Virus record (IMG/VR): IMGVR_UViG_3300011339_000645
Span: 1 to 53,865 of that record
Reading direction: 5' to 3' (one strand)
Length of the DNA stretch: 53,865 nucleotides
Origin: a virus
Taxonomy: Duplodnaviria; Caudoviricetes
The first letter of the stretch is position 1, and each line of letters begins with the position of its first letter. Positions 53,576 through 53,865 of the stretch are shown one piece after another. The notes below the pieces were generated by a model, which saw only the letters and a list, made by a program, of their open reading frames with translations, did no database searches and was not told the origin of the DNA. Position numbers and translations under genes: made by a program.

Positions 53576-53865
53576 TTATTCCAAGTCAACTTCAATTCCT
53601 TTTTCAAATTCCAGATCAGCTTTTACTGACCTTCTGATCTGACCAATATTGTTTGACAGGAATTCTTGAGCCTCTTCAGTAGTTAAATCATTGAGAGCTT
53701 CTTCGTTGTCGATGATCCACTCTTTCATCAACGGGCCTGCGATTCCGACGAACTCTCTCTGCTCGGCCTTGTTCATTTTAATATCATTGCTCCACTTTAA
53801 CCTTCCCTGCCACTTTGGAGGAGTAAGAGCATTCCTATACATGATTTGGAATGCAGGGTCAGGAG
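53576..53865 (-). CDS. C-terminal end of the giant internal virion protein
   Basis: In frame with 1-7378 through the terminal overlap; ends EKGIEVDLE*. Confidence 0.85.
   Translation of the reverse strand, partial: PDPAFQIMYRNALTPPKWQGRLKWSNDIKMNKAEQREFVGIAGPLMKEWIIDNEEALNDLTTEEAQEFLSNNIGQIRRSVKADLEFEKGIEVDLE

Noticed and set aside
53515-53642. CACGAAAC-type leader followed by a 37-codon plus-strand ORF (MKTPTTSAS...)
   Set aside because: Short, antisense to the giant gene's end and without a clear promoter; probably incidental.
53605-53865. Terminal repeat as a physical direct terminal repeat of the virion DNA
   Set aside because: It falls inside a coding sequence, which fits an assembly overlap of a circular or permuted genome.
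1-53865. Alternative genetic code or stop-codon recoding
   Set aside because: Genes are intact and tightly packed under the standard code, and TAA, TAG and TGA all end genes.

Overview
The window is an apparently complete, circularly assembled tailed-phage genome of about 53,604 bp; positions 1-261 repeat as 53605-53865 with 2 mismatches. The layout is podovirus-like. The minus strand carries the virion module: portal, scaffold, Cys-rich major capsid protein, tail adaptor/nozzle, two paralogous beta-helix tailspikes, lysis genes and three ejection proteins, one a ~2,468-aa giant that spans the contig join. The terminase large subunit is inverted and flanked by two paralogous HNH endonucleases. 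Replication and recombination genes include an iteron-containing initiator, DnaB helicase, resolvase, SF2 helicase, SSB and a Cas4-like exonuclease, followed by an early region of small ORFs. I recognised no integrase, DNA polymerase, RNA polymerase, CRISPR array or complete tRNA. A PVC/Verrucomicrobia-like host is only an inference. The most unusual signals are non-coding: (1) a perfect palindrome TATCGTTAACGATA, with 16 exact and about 14 variant copies across the genome, inside genes in two reading frames, at gene junctions and at promoters; (2) four cassette-like, covarying switch-hairpin elements between early genes, each containing that palindrome; (3) a tRNA-Ala-like minihelix; and (4) long structured leaders before the capsid and replication-initiator genes. 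All calls come from reading the sequence by eye, without database searches.
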